A DNA stretch of 64,000 nt, taken from Bacteroidia bacterium (lineage in GTDB: Bacteria; Bacteroidota; Bacteroidia; J057; JANWXU01). The stretch is from contig JANWXU010000001.1 of NCBI GenBank assembly GCA_025057395.1, positions 1,660 to 65,659 on the forward strand, in the 5' to 3' direction. The position numbers and the translations under genes are program-made. The notes under the pieces are model-generated. The model was not told the DNA's origin, did no database searches, and saw only the letters and a list, made by a program, of their open reading frames with translations. This document shows, in pieces, positions 1 through 9,201 of this stretch (positions within the stretch are counted from its first letter, which is position 1; every line of letters begins with the position of its first letter).

Positions 1-1245
1 CCAGTTACTAAAAAGTTTAAGGGTAGCGGCTCTTATAATGCCACTATGTATGCAAGTTACCTAGGAGATGTTGTTAAAGACCAGAGTTCAACAATACAGA
101 TTTTTGAAACGCCTAAGCCTGCAATCTCTTATGTGGCACCTAAGAGGTGTAAAAATGCACCTATTCTATTTAGAAGCGATAGCAGAATAGCTAAATTTTG
201 GCAATGGAAATTTAGCGATCTACCAGGTACTACAATACAGGAAGCTACTACTCTTAGGCGCTACTCCTCAACGGGGATTTATACAATAGAGCTAACAGTT
301 TTTAATAGCGACTTTGATGGCAATCCCGTTTGCCCAGCTAAGGCTACTACTACTATCGAAATTGGGAATACTCCTATTCCTAATTTTGTTCCCGAACAAA
401 AAATAACCGGCTGTGTACCATACAAATTAGTTTTGAAAAACAAAAGTATAGCCGGCAGTCCTCAAAATACCTTTACCTGGAATTGGGGAGATGGTAAAAG
501 CTTAGTACAGTTAAATGTTGAACCTGATGATACGGTTAGCTACACATATCTTTTGGAGGGAACTTATAGTTTAGGACTCAAAATTGTAAACTCCTTTGGT
601 TGTGATTCTAGCATTCTTCGTGAAAATTGGGTGCAAGTTTTGCCTCGACCTAAGGCACGGATAAAAGTGGATAGCGAATTGGCTACAAATAATCAACGTT
701 TTATAGTAAAATTACCTAAAACAAATCTTTATTTTGAAAATGCTAGTTTAAATGCTTCTAATTTTAAGTGGCTTTTTAGGGCTTTTCCTATAAAGGAATG
801 TTTTTTTGGGGCAGATTCCTGTCAGTGGCAATTTAAGGAAGGGAGTTTTGCAGATAGGCGTTTTATGATTGACTTCCCACAACCCTGTAGCTATACCCTA
901 CAATTGCATGCAGATAATGGTTACTGTGCAGATTCATTCCAAGTACAAATTCGTTCGCACGCTTCTTTTTTAGAGGTTCCTAATGTTTTTTCTCCTAATG
1001 GCGATGGCATTAATGATATTTTAGTAATTGATGTGCGCGGCTTTGAGTATACTCTGCAAATTTATAACCGCTGGGGGCAAAAGGTATTTACGGGTACTAA
1101 TAATCAATTTTGGAATGGGGGGTGGGATAACAATATAAACGATCCATGTACTGAAGGCGTTTATATTTATCATTTAAAAACCGAGTGTTCTTTGGAAGAG
1201 GGCACCTATATAGATCGTACAGGTACAATCACTTTGATTCGTTAG
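1..1245 (+). CDS. T9SS cargo protein with PKD-like repeats and a type B (gliding-motility-associated) C-terminal sorting domain; 5' end cut by the window edge
   Basis: Frame 1 is open from nt 1, with no stop before the first ATG at 46, so the gene probably starts upstream. PKD-like modules are present (WQWKFSDLPG, FTWNWGDGKS). The C-terminus VPNVFSPNGDGINDILVI...YNRWGQKVF fits the CHU_C/TIGR04131-type domain. Confidence 0.8.
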   Translation, partial: PVTKKFKGSGSYNATMYASYLGDVVKDQSSTIQIFETPKPAISYVAPKRCKNAPILFRSDSRIAKFWQWKFSDLPGTTIQEATTLRRYSSTGIYTIELTVFNSDFDGNPVCPAKATTTIEIGNTPIPNFVPEQKITGCVPYKLVLKNKSIAGSPQNTFTWNWGDGKSLVQLNVEPDDTVSYTYLLEGTYSLGLKIVNSFGCDSSILRENWVQVLPRPKARIKVDSELATNNQRFIVKLPKTNLYFENASLNASNFKWLFRAFPIKECFFGADSCQWQFKEGSFADRRFMIDFPQPCSYTLQLHADNGYCADSFQVQIRSHASFLEVPNVFSPNGDGINDILVIDVRGFEYTLQIYNRWGQKVFTGTNNQFWNGGWDNNINDPCTEGVYIYHLKTECSLEEGTYIDRTGTITLIR

Positions 1246-1252
1246 TAAGGCT

Positions 1253-1993
1253 GTGAAAATTTTAAAGAATTTATATTTTTTAAGAGGCTATTACGCTACA
1301 TTATTATTATTCTGGTTAATTGCAACTTTATTAATTGGACAACTGGGGTATGTAGAAAGTTTTTTGTTTTTGAATCAGTTTTATACGCCGTGGTTAGATA
1401 TTATTATACCGCCTTTCACTCATTTGGCTGATAGTATTATTTTGGTAGCTTTAGTAACTATACTTCTTATTCGAAGAAATGCCGCTTTGCTAGCCCTTGC
1501 TTTAATGAGCTTGAGTATTTGCGGTATTTTGGTAATAGGGCTAAAAAAATATATCTTCTATGATTGGCACCGTCCTTTAGAGATTTTAGGCAGTACCCAA
1601 GCCTTTCATTGCCTGGTCCCTATTCGATATCATTCTTTCCCTTCAGGACATGCTAGTACTATTATGAGCGTGCTGCCCATGATTGCTTTTTTTTATCGCT
1701 ATCGTGCCTTATGGGTACAAGTGCTGGTAGCTTGCATAGGCATTTTTATTGCGTATACGCGAGTGTACATTGGCGTTCATTTTTTAGCGGATATTTTGGT
1801 GGGAAGTGTTTTAAGTACTGTAGTTGCTACTTTTATTCTTGTTTTTGCTTACGACGCTGTGCAGGAAAAGTTACTATCTATAGATTTTTATGCAAAACAG
1901 GGCTTGCGCCGGGGTATTATATGGCTAGGATATATACTTTTATTTATGGGCATTTTACGCATAAATGGATTTTTAGGAGTTGAGCCATTTTAA
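1253..1993 (+). CDS. PAP2-family membrane phosphatase (undecaprenyl-diphosphatase/lipid phosphatase-like)
   Basis: GTG start at 1253. Multi-pass hydrophobic protein with the PAP2 motifs SFPSGHAS and YTRVYIGVHFLADILVG. Confidence 0.8.
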   Translation: MKILKNLYFLRGYYATLLLFWLIATLLIGQLGYVESFLFLNQFYTPWLDIIIPPFTHLADSIILVALVTILLIRRNAALLALALMSLSICGILVIGLKKYIFYDWHRPLEILGSTQAFHCLVPIRYHSFPSGHASTIMSVLPMIAFFYRYRALWVQVLVACIGIFIAYTRVYIGVHFLADILVGSVLSTVVATFILVFAYDAVQEKLLSIDFYAKQGLRRGIIWLGYILLFMGILRINGFLGVEPF

Positions 1994-2980
1994 TTAAAAT
2001 TTAGCTTGGGTTTGCCAAAAATGTTCTACCTGTTGGGTAAAAAGTTCTTGCATAGGACCAGCTCCCCATTCTTGATGCTCTTGTTCATTCCAAAGCTCGG
2101 GGAAAAATATGACATGTTGCTTCTTGGGAGGTAAATATTCTTTCCAATTTGTGCCTCCTGTACCTTGGGTTATAGTGGCGGGATAAGGTTGAGAAAAGTA
2201 TTTAGCAGCTACTTTGTAGTGGCTAAGAGGCCAAAATACATTTGCTTGTAAGTCAAAATTGCGTAGGCTCTCAATTATTTCTTTATCATTTTTTATATCT
2301 TCAGATAGATTTTGATAATAAAACCACAAGTTTTTTTCTCGACATGCTTCTGCTAGAGCGTATAATTGGGTATCGTATTTTTCTTCAAATCTTTTTAGGG
2401 TAACTGTTTTTTCACCGTCTTCTTCTCTGCGGTTACCATATTTCCAATATAAATTGGCGTAAATTTCAGAAAGAGGAGAGCAAGAATCATATTTTTTTCG
2501 CAAAGGATAGTGCACTAGGTTAATTAAAGTAGTACTTTTTATTTCTATGATTCGATATTGTACAGACTGGAAGCCGCTAGCAGGGACCAAGGTGAGGCGA
2601 AATCTTAGAAACTGTTCTGTATCCATCCCAATAACCATGGTTTCAAAGCTTGTAGAAAGCTGCTTAAAGTAACTGGCTATCCTTTTAATTCGCTTTAAAA
2701 TATTTTCTTTTTGGGGAGGCGCATTCAAGATTTGGTCGATTTCATGTAAAATGAGCTTAAAATATAATTCTGTAACTTGGTGATAGGTAATAAATACAAT
2801 CTCATCCGGGTAGTCAGTACGAGGATTTTGAAGTGCTAGTAGAGCTTCTAGGTTTAGATAGTCCCAGTAATTCAATGGTTTACTTTCATAAAGACCTTCC
2901 AACACCGTATTTAAATCTAACCCTATTTCTTTGTACTTATTAGCAAGGTGATTAATTTTTTCTAGAGTTTCTGAATTCAT
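1994..2980 (-). CDS. kynA: Tryptophan 2,3-dioxygenase
   Basis: YWDYLNLEALLALQ and DEIVFITYHQVTELYFKLILHEI match conserved TDO helices. Its stop codon directly abuts the PAP2 stop (convergent genes, 0 bp spacer). Confidence 0.8.
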   Translation of the reverse strand: MNSETLEKINHLANKYKEIGLDLNTVLEGLYESKPLNYWDYLNLEALLALQNPRTDYPDEIVFITYHQVTELYFKLILHEIDQILNAPPQKENILKRIKRIASYFKQLSTSFETMVIGMDTEQFLRFRLTLVPASGFQSVQYRIIEIKSTTLINLVHYPLRKKYDSCSPLSEIYANLYWKYGNRREEDGEKTVTLKRFEEKYDTQLYALAEACREKNLWFYYQNLSEDIKNDKEIIESLRNFDLQANVFWPLSHYKVAAKYFSQPYPATITQGTGGTNWKEYLPPKKQHVIFFPELWNEQEHQEWGAGPMQELFTQQVEHFWQTQAKF

Positions 2981-3175
2981 TTTTTGAAAATTGACCTCAG
3001 GTTTCTACTAAAGATAAGCAAATCTAATTCAAGTAATTCAAGCTTTAGCCACAAATATTATATTGTTAAGTTAGTAATATAATAAAAAAGATTCCAAAAA
3101 TAATAGAAATAATTTTTTTGATTCGTAACCGAGTTCATCTTTTCTTTGTGGAAATAAAGACTAGTTAAAAAAGTT

Positions 3176-4807
3176 ATGAGTTCTACTTTACCAATTGAAG
3201 AGGGAGCAGAAAGCACCACTTCTTCGTTGTTGCCATTACCTTTGGGAAACGCTGATTTTCGAATGATTCGTTTGCGAAAGCTTACCTATATAGATAAAAC
3301 TCATTTTATTTATTCTTTGATGCAATCAGGAGGACAAGCTTTTTTTTTATCTCGTCCCCGCCGCTTTGGCAAGTCTTTGTTTCTAGATACTTTAAGTCAT
3401 TTTTTTTCAGGACATAGAGAGTTATTCAAAGGACTTTGGATAGAAAACAAAGGGGGGCAGGAAGTATACCCTGTTCTAAGGCTAGATCTTTCTATCAAAG
3501 CTATTATCGCTCCTAAGGCAATAGAGAGATATTTATGTCGAACATTTTTGCGTATTGCTAAGGAATGGGGGCTTTCTCTCACTTCTACAGATGATTATGC
3601 CATTTTACTAGAAGAATTAATATATGAAACTTATCAAAAAAGAGGACCAGTAGTAATACTGATAGACGAATATGATAGTTTTATCAATGAATTTCTACAT
3701 ATTCCTTCCAAAGCACAAAAACTGATTAATACTTTTCGCCCTCTTTTTGCTACCTTAAAATCTTGCCAAAATTATATTCGTTTTTTATTTGTTACAGGAG
3801 TTACTCGGTATGCAAGCTTAAATTTTTTTTCTGCAATTAACCATTTGATTGATATTTCTTTTGATTCGAAATTTTCCACAATATTAGGCTTTACAGAAGA
3901 AGAAATAAGGCAAAATTTGAGTGTTTGGCTCCAATATGTAGCTGAGCGTAGGAAGGTTACACTAGAGGTAATTTGGGAAGAGTTACGAAATTGGTATAAT
4001 GGCTACATTTGGGAAGGGGAACCTGTTTATAACCCATTTTCTCTTTTGCACTACCTGGAGCATGCAAAAGCAAAAGATTACTGGTTTAGTGCAGGTGCTT
4101 CTCCACAGTTGATAATTAATCTTTTACGTACTTATAAATATGATCTTAGCAGTATAGAGCATGTTCCTATAAGTCAGGCTGAATTGAATAGCACAGATAT
4201 TGAATATCCCAATTTGCCAAGTTTGTTGTTGCAAACAGGGTATCTCACTTTTTCAGGAAAAGAGTTGGTGGATGAAATGGGTAATACTTTTTATTATTTA
4301 CGTCTTCCTAACCACGAGGTGCGAAGTGCTTTTAAGGAACATTTACTGAAAACATATTTTCCGTTGCAAAAAGGAAATTCTTACCTTAGTACTAGTCTCC
4401 TACTTAATGCCCTAAAAACGGGCGATACGGAAACTTTTTTGAATTTTTGGAATACTGTTTGGGCTAAGCTTCCTTATAACTTGCACCTTCCCTATGAAAG
4501 TTACTATCATTCTTTGGTTTATCTTTTGTGCCTTTTTATGCCTGTTGATGCTCAAGTAGAGGTAAAAAACAACGAAGGCATTCTGGATATGATTATTTAT
4601 ACTGCTCAGTATAATTGGGTAATTGAATTTAAATTCGAAGGACAAATTCAAAAAGCAAGAGAATGTGCCGAGCAGGCTTTAGTCCAAATTCACCAAAAAA
4701 AATATTACGAACCTTTACGGAGTGAATATCCTAATAGAACTATTTTACTAGTTGGACTTTGTGTAGCCGGACGCCAGGCAAAAATGGCTTACGAAATATT
4801 AAAGTAG
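3176..4807 (+). CDS. Predicted AAA-ATPase (AAA-ATPase_like N-terminal domain) fused to a PD-(D/E)XK nuclease-like C-terminal domain (PDDEXK_9 architecture)
   Basis: N-terminus YIDKTHFIYSL...FFLSRPRRFGKSLFLDTL is the hallmark of the PF09820-type family. The C-terminus ...GILDMIIYTAQYNWVIEFKF... supplies a D...E-x-K nuclease-like motif. Confidence 0.75.
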   Translation: MSSTLPIEEGAESTTSSLLPLPLGNADFRMIRLRKLTYIDKTHFIYSLMQSGGQAFFLSRPRRFGKSLFLDTLSHFFSGHRELFKGLWIENKGGQEVYPVLRLDLSIKAIIAPKAIERYLCRTFLRIAKEWGLSLTSTDDYAILLEELIYETYQKRGPVVILIDEYDSFINEFLHIPSKAQKLINTFRPLFATLKSCQNYIRFLFVTGVTRYASLNFFSAINHLIDISFDSKFSTILGFTEEEIRQNLSVWLQYVAERRKVTLEVIWEELRNWYNGYIWEGEPVYNPFSLLHYLEHAKAKDYWFSAGASPQLIINLLRTYKYDLSSIEHVPISQAELNSTDIEYPNLPSLLLQTGYLTFSGKELVDEMGNTFYYLRLPNHEVRSAFKEHLLKTYFPLQKGNSYLSTSLLLNALKTGDTETFLNFWNTVWAKLPYNLHLPYESYYHSLVYLLCLFMPVDAQVEVKNNEGILDMIIYTAQYNWVIEFKFEGQIQKARECAEQALVQIHQKKYYEPLRSEYPNRTILLVGLCVAGRQAKMAYEILK

Positions 4808-4820
4808 CAAATAACAAGCC

Positions 4821-4860
4821 AAGAGAACAAAAGTATAAATCTCTTTTGTTCTCTTTTTTA
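4821..4860 (+). terminator. Hairpin terminator between convergent genes
   Basis: Perfect 13-bp inverted repeat aagagaacaaaag (4821-4833) / cttttgttctctt (4843-4855) with a 9-nt loop, followed by a T-run. It sits between the 3' ends of 3176..4807(+) and 4876..7683(-). Confidence 0.6.
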
Positions 4861-4875
4861 TTTATTATTTAATAC

Positions 4876-7683
4876 TTAATCAACAATTTGCAAAGGAGCA
4901 AAGTATTTTTCTCCTGCATGAGTTTGATATTCTATCCAGTAAGAACCTTTAGGAAGATGATTTAAATTCCAAGAAAATTCTTTTTGCTCCGAGCTAACTT
5001 GACTTTCGCAAACGCTTTGACCCAGCAAATTAAAACATCGTAATCTTCCTAAACTTGAAGGTAATTGGATTTGTAAAAAGCCCGTACAAGGATTAGGGTA
5101 AACTATCAATTCTTCAGGAGTGCCGAAAGAAGATAAGGAGTTAAGCCTGGTATGAAAAGGTACCCACCCTAAACTGCTTTCAGAAGGTAAGGAAAATCCA
5201 TTTCTGCATCGGTGCCGCAAACGAAATTCGTAATATTCTCCCTGCTGAATATCGTTTAGAACTGCAGTAGCTTGAGAGGTAACATTTGTTTCCCACAACA
5301 TTCTACCTACTTTACGATACTGAAGCTCATACTCTAAAACTTGATTACTAGCAATTTCCCAAGATAAAGTGGCTTGCCCTGGTCTTAAATTAACAATTGA
5401 AGGAGCCTTGGGTAAAGGGCATTCTGGCGCACCTAGTGTAGTAAATCGAAAGATAGTTGAAAAATAAGAAAATCCACTTGAACATATTCCTCGTGCTTTT
5501 ATTTCGTATTCAGTTCCCGAAAGAAGACCATTTAGGTTAGCTGTGCGGTCTGTTGTTGAAATTGTAACTTGCCATTCATTGCTTTGCGTGGGCTTGTACC
5601 AAATTTCAAAAAGGCTTACTCCCTGTAAATTGCTCCAGCTTAGAATAGCAGATTGGTGAGTAATATTATTAATTCGAATAATTCCTGGTGCTTGGCATTG
5701 AGGAGTGGTATTGGGGCGGGTAGTAAATGTACAGCTTTGGCTCCAAGGAGAAATTCCTGCTATGCAGCGTGCACGAACTCGTGCTTCGTATTGGGTAAAG
5801 GGTAAGAGATTATTAAATGTGTATCGATTGGTTGGAAGCGTAATAGTTGTCCAATTAGTAGCATTTGTTGAGCGCCATTGCAGCTCGTAATCAATTGCAT
5901 TGTAGCTGATACTCCAGCTAATTACAGCACTTGTGGCTGTAATATCAGTTTCTAGAGGAGTGCCAGGGGCAGGACAAGAATTTATTTCTTGCTTAGAAGT
6001 AGTAAAAGTAAAAGTACTACTAAAACTGGAGAAGTTCGAATTACAAAAACTTCGAACTTGATATTCATATGTGGTAGTGGATTGCAAATTAGATAAAACT
6101 ATCCAGGGATGAGAGGCGGAAGTAATTTGCCATTGGCTAGTGCCAGCTGCTCGCCATCGTATTTGGTAATTATTGATACCCCGAATAGGTAACCAAGAAA
6201 TTTTAGCAGAAGTAAAAGATATGCTATCTACTTGAGTACTAAGGGGAGGAATACAAGTTACAGAAATATCAGGAACGAAAAAGACTGCTTCTGGAGAAAA
6301 TTCAGAAGTATTGTTATTTATGCAAATAGATCGAATTCGGACTACATAGGTACTATTAGGGTAAAGGTTATCGAGAACAAAAAAAGGAGTGTAGGTTTTT
6401 TGAATTATCCAGTTGGATAAGTTTCCGAAACGGTAAGCAATTTCATATTCTTGGGCAGTAGGCACAGGTTGCCAGCTAATATAAGCAATAGTGGATTCAT
6501 TTTTTAGTTGGACCTCGGGCATACTAGGTGAAAGGCAAGTGGGGCTACTTAGGTTATCTAATGTAGTAGCACTCCCTATTGGACTATAATCAGACTGGCT
6601 TTCTTTGCATATTCCCTGCACTTGAAATTGATAAGAAGTAGCGGGCAGTAAATTAGTGAGACGAAAATTGGTTTGTGAAGTTAGTATGTGGTTCCATTCT
6701 TGTTGGTTTTGACTTTTATAAGAAAGTCGGTACTTTTCTACTCCTAGAAGTGGAGACCACTGAAGATAGATGCTTTGGCTTGTAATTTCACTAGCCAAAG
6801 GAGGATTGTTGGGGCTAGGACAAGAAGGAACTATTTGTGAATATGTACTTGCGCGAATGATTTGGGGGGTACTATAGCTTCTTGCGCAAACAGAAAAAAT
6901 TTGAAATTCATATTGGGTATATGGATTCAAATTGGGGATGGTAAATTCATTTTGAGGTGCTTCGAAATTGCGGTGTTCTTCATTTTGTAGATAGTTTACT
7001 AAGTATTTTCCACTACCCCCCACTACCCGGAAACTAATACTATGAGTAGTAGTTTGGGTAATGCTGATATCTTGTGGAGGAGGGCAGGGGCTTGCTAGAA
7101 TAGTTACATTTTGGGAGCGTATACATTGTTGAGCATCGCGAACGGTAATAGTATAATTACCAGGGGGTAGATTACTAAAGGTAGAATTATTAGTAAAAGC
7201 TCCATTATTGAGACTATAGGCATAGGGCGGGAGTCCATTAAAGGCATTAACTTGTATTTGCCCATTGCGGCACTCAAAGCAGCTTTCATGCTGAGAACTT
7301 ACTTGCAATTGTAGGTTGCAATTAGCTTCAGGAGTAGTTACTACCAAAGGAGTCGACCATCGAGAAGTTAAGTTTCCACATACATTTTGTATTTCTATGG
7401 CGTAGGCTGTATTAGGAGCAAGCCCAGAAATTAAAAAATTATTTTGTGATACCTCTCTTATTTGAAAAGTACTGGCTGCTTCTGGTTTCCAACGAATGCG
7501 ATAGCTACTAGCTTCAGGAGTTAGATTCCAAAGAATTGTTATTGCGTTAGCTTTTACGGAAGTCGCGTTCAGACCTTGGGGAGGTAAACAACCCTGTCCT
7601 TTAATATTCAAAGGAAGAAAAAGGCTAATTCCAAAGTTCGTGATAATAGTGGTGTATAGTAAAACAAAAGCTACTTTTTTCAT
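4876..7683 (-). CDS. Large secreted T9SS cargo: 8 Cys-bracketed fibronectin-III-like modules, one SprB-type repeat and a type A (Por_Secre_tail) C-terminal domain
   Basis: Repeated ~90-aa modules each begin C-x-P-P and end with a conserved Cys (e.g. CPAPGTPLETDITATSAVISWS...YEARVRARC). SprB-like CFECRNGQIQVNAFNGLPPYAYS. C-terminal LIVYPNPCTGFLQIQL. I prefer the start at MKKVAF (ATG 7683), which gives a signal peptide and removes the overlap with the upstream gene. The track ORF extends to 7719. Confidence 0.85.
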   Translation of the reverse strand: MKKVAFVLLYTTIITNFGISLFLPLNIKGQGCLPPQGLNATSVKANAITILWNLTPEASSYRIRWKPEAASTFQIREVSQNNFLISGLAPNTAYAIEIQNVCGNLTSRWSTPLVVTTPEANCNLQLQVSSQHESCFECRNGQIQVNAFNGLPPYAYSLNNGAFTNNSTFSNLPPGNYTITVRDAQQCIRSQNVTILASPCPPPQDISITQTTTHSISFRVVGGSGKYLVNYLQNEEHRNFEAPQNEFTIPNLNPYTQYEFQIFSVCARSYSTPQIIRASTYSQIVPSCPSPNNPPLASEITSQSIYLQWSPLLGVEKYRLSYKSQNQQEWNHILTSQTNFRLTNLLPATSYQFQVQGICKESQSDYSPIGSATTLDNLSSPTCLSPSMPEVQLKNESTIAYISWQPVPTAQEYEIAYRFGNLSNWIIQKTYTPFFVLDNLYPNSTYVVRIRSICINNNTSEFSPEAVFFVPDISVTCIPPLSTQVDSISFTSAKISWLPIRGINNYQIRWRAAGTSQWQITSASHPWIVLSNLQSTTTYEYQVRSFCNSNFSSFSSTFTFTTSKQEINSCPAPGTPLETDITATSAVISWSISYNAIDYELQWRSTNATNWTTITLPTNRYTFNNLLPFTQYEARVRARCIAGISPWSQSCTFTTRPNTTPQCQAPGIIRINNITHQSAILSWSNLQGVSLFEIWYKPTQSNEWQVTISTTDRTANLNGLLSGTEYEIKARGICSSGFSYFSTIFRFTTLGAPECPLPKAPSIVNLRPGQATLSWEIASNQVLEYELQYRKVGRMLWETNVTSQATAVLNDIQQGEYYEFRLRHRCRNGFSLPSESSLGWVPFHTRLNSLSSFGTPEELIVYPNPCTGFLQIQLPSSLGRLRCFNLLGQSVCESQVSSEQKEFSWNLNHLPKGSYWIEYQTHAGEKYFAPLQIVD

Positions 7684-7693
7684 TTTCAAAAAA

Positions 7694-8806
7694 TTAAGGT
7701 TTATAGTTTGATTTTTCAAAAAATGTTTTATAATCTCTTATCGCCACCAATTCTTTCAATTGGGTTTGTGGGTGAGCATTCATATAGCTTCGAACTATTT
7801 CTAGACCGATAAAAGTAGCAAGGCGGGAAGGAGCAAAGGTACCAATAGCAGCACAGTACCCTCCGTCCGAAAGATATTTTCTAAATTTACTCATCTTGGT
7901 TTCATAAAGCATAGGTATAAGTTCATGGTATACATTAGCTTTATTTTTATTTAACCATTCAGCTTGTTGCTTAGTCATGAAAAATTTTATGGTATCTTCA
8001 GTTTCAGGAAGTAGAATATCGACAATGTAATATTTTATTCCCTGGTGAATCATTAGGTCTAAAAGGGTAGGGCTATTTTTGAGTTGGGGTAATAAATTTT
8101 CTGCTAAGCGATGGGCGACCATTGAGGTTAGGTAAGTAGGCGTACAACGCTTACGAATGTAAAGAGGCGTATCAGGATGGCGAATGGTAAATTTTTCTCC
8201 TAAGAAATAGTCGCTGCTAATTGCTATATAGCCATCTCCTACATAAACGCTACTTTCAAAAAAATTATCTTCCCAAGTTTTCCGAGGATCGTAGCCCGTT
8301 GCCATAAAACGAATTTTAGGAATAGGGTATTCTGGCCAATAGCTTTTGAGTTGTGTAAAAAGGGGACTAAGCAGCTTTTGAAAGTCATAATTTTCTGGGT
8401 ATACTTTAAGTACAGAGTCCACTAGGCGGCGATTATCTCTATTAGCGACGGCAGCGCAAAGTTCGGAGGTAAGCCCTTCATCAATTTCTCTATTCGATAT
8501 TTTTTGGAAGAAACGAATAGGCTCACCACTTACCCACGAAGCTAAAAACAAGCGCTCATCCTTAAAAAACTCGTCATATATTTGAGAACAATTTTTAAAA
8601 CGTAAGGTATCTAATTTTTGGTAAGCTGCTTTAAAGCGGGGCTCTAGTCGAAGAATATCTAGCTTTACATTTTCCACACTTTGGCTGGGGGGAAGCACAG
8701 TAGTATTTTGCGGCTCTTCTTTACAACCGCTTAACCATAAGTAAAGAATAGGCAAGGTAATAGCAATGTGAATATGCTTGAAAGTAAAAATACTTCTTTT
8801 GAGCAT
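7694..8806 (-). CDS. gldB: Gliding-motility lipoprotein GldB-like
   Basis: Signal peptide plus lipobox (LWLSGCKEE). Size is ~370 aa. The C-terminal ...FIGLEIVRSYM...FFEKSNYKP resembles my recollection of the GldB C-terminus (...KSKYKP). ATG at 8806 is preferred over the TTG at 8812. The family call is from memory and has not been searched. Confidence 0.55.
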   Translation of the reverse strand: MLKRSIFTFKHIHIAITLPILYLWLSGCKEEPQNTTVLPPSQSVENVKLDILRLEPRFKAAYQKLDTLRFKNCSQIYDEFFKDERLFLASWVSGEPIRFFQKISNREIDEGLTSELCAAVANRDNRRLVDSVLKVYPENYDFQKLLSPLFTQLKSYWPEYPIPKIRFMATGYDPRKTWEDNFFESSVYVGDGYIAISSDYFLGEKFTIRHPDTPLYIRKRCTPTYLTSMVAHRLAENLLPQLKNSPTLLDLMIHQGIKYYIVDILLPETEDTIKFFMTKQQAEWLNKNKANVYHELIPMLYETKMSKFRKYLSDGGYCAAIGTFAPSRLATFIGLEIVRSYMNAHPQTQLKELVAIRDYKTFFEKSNYKP

Positions 8807-8814
8807 ACCCAATT

Positions 8815-9172
8815 CTATGTTTTGGTTGCTAGTAGAGTGCCTAAAAATTCAAAAGCCTTTCGCAAATGGGGAATAACAACACTTCCGCCTACTATATCTA
8901 ATTTCAAACGTTTCAGTAATTTCCTGTAGCGTAGCTCCTTTTTGAGTAGCTTCAAAAAGATGATATTTAATGCAGTCGTCACAGCGCAAAACTAAAGAAG
9001 CACAAAGCCCGAGCACCTCTTTGGTCTTTGCATCAAGGTTTCCATTTGCTTCGTAGGCTTGAGCATCTAGGTGCATAAAGCGCCTGATAATTGTTGAATC
9101 AGCAGCTAGTATTCTTTTGTTTAATCTTTGTTGCTCCCGCCGAAACAATTCTATTGAATCTATTGAGTTCAT
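8815..9172 (-). pseudogene. Carboxymuconolactone decarboxylase / AhpD-like (CxxC) family gene with a 1-nt frameshift
   Basis: The AhpD-like core LVLRCDDCIKYH is in one frame. After ...QEITETFE the annotated frame reads junk (IRYSRRKCCYSPFAKGF*), while the +1 frame reads LDIVGGSVVIPHLRKAFEFLGTLLATKT*, a typical CMD C-terminus ending at 8815. Length 358 nt is not a multiple of 3. Probable start is MNSIDS (ATG 9172) or MKVLL (ATG 9199). Confidence 0.7.
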
Positions 9173-9201
9173 TATACTAAATTGCAATAAAACTTTCATG
9201 C

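Noticed and set aside
1711-1983. Many short ORFs in the supplied track are nested in, or antisense to, long well-supported genes. Examples are 1711..1983, 3397..3582, 4412..4651, 5705..5890, 6232..6420, 7104..7289, 9993..10391, 10037..10243, 18758..19033, 21148..21393, 24886..25152, 27913..28209, 32840..33169, 42078..42386, 44294..44545, 51698..52114, 54416..55006, 56509..57421 and 60114..60371.
   Set aside because: They lie wholly inside genes with clear family motifs on the other strand or frame. Their composition is odd (Cys/Arg/Ile-rich, no motifs). Such shadow ORFs are expected in AT-rich DNA, and I saw no independent support for overlapping coding.
1994-2980. kynA as part of a kynurenine-pathway cluster.
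   Set aside because: No kynurenine formamidase, kynureninase, KMO or nadA/B/C neighbours are present in the window. A lone kynA is unremarkable, so it is not reported as a finding.
4876-7683. Nucleotide-level tandem repeat or recombination-prone array in the Fn3 gene.
   Set aside because: The modules are similar only at the protein-pattern level. I saw no long identical DNA stretches between modules, so it is not a DNA tandem repeat.
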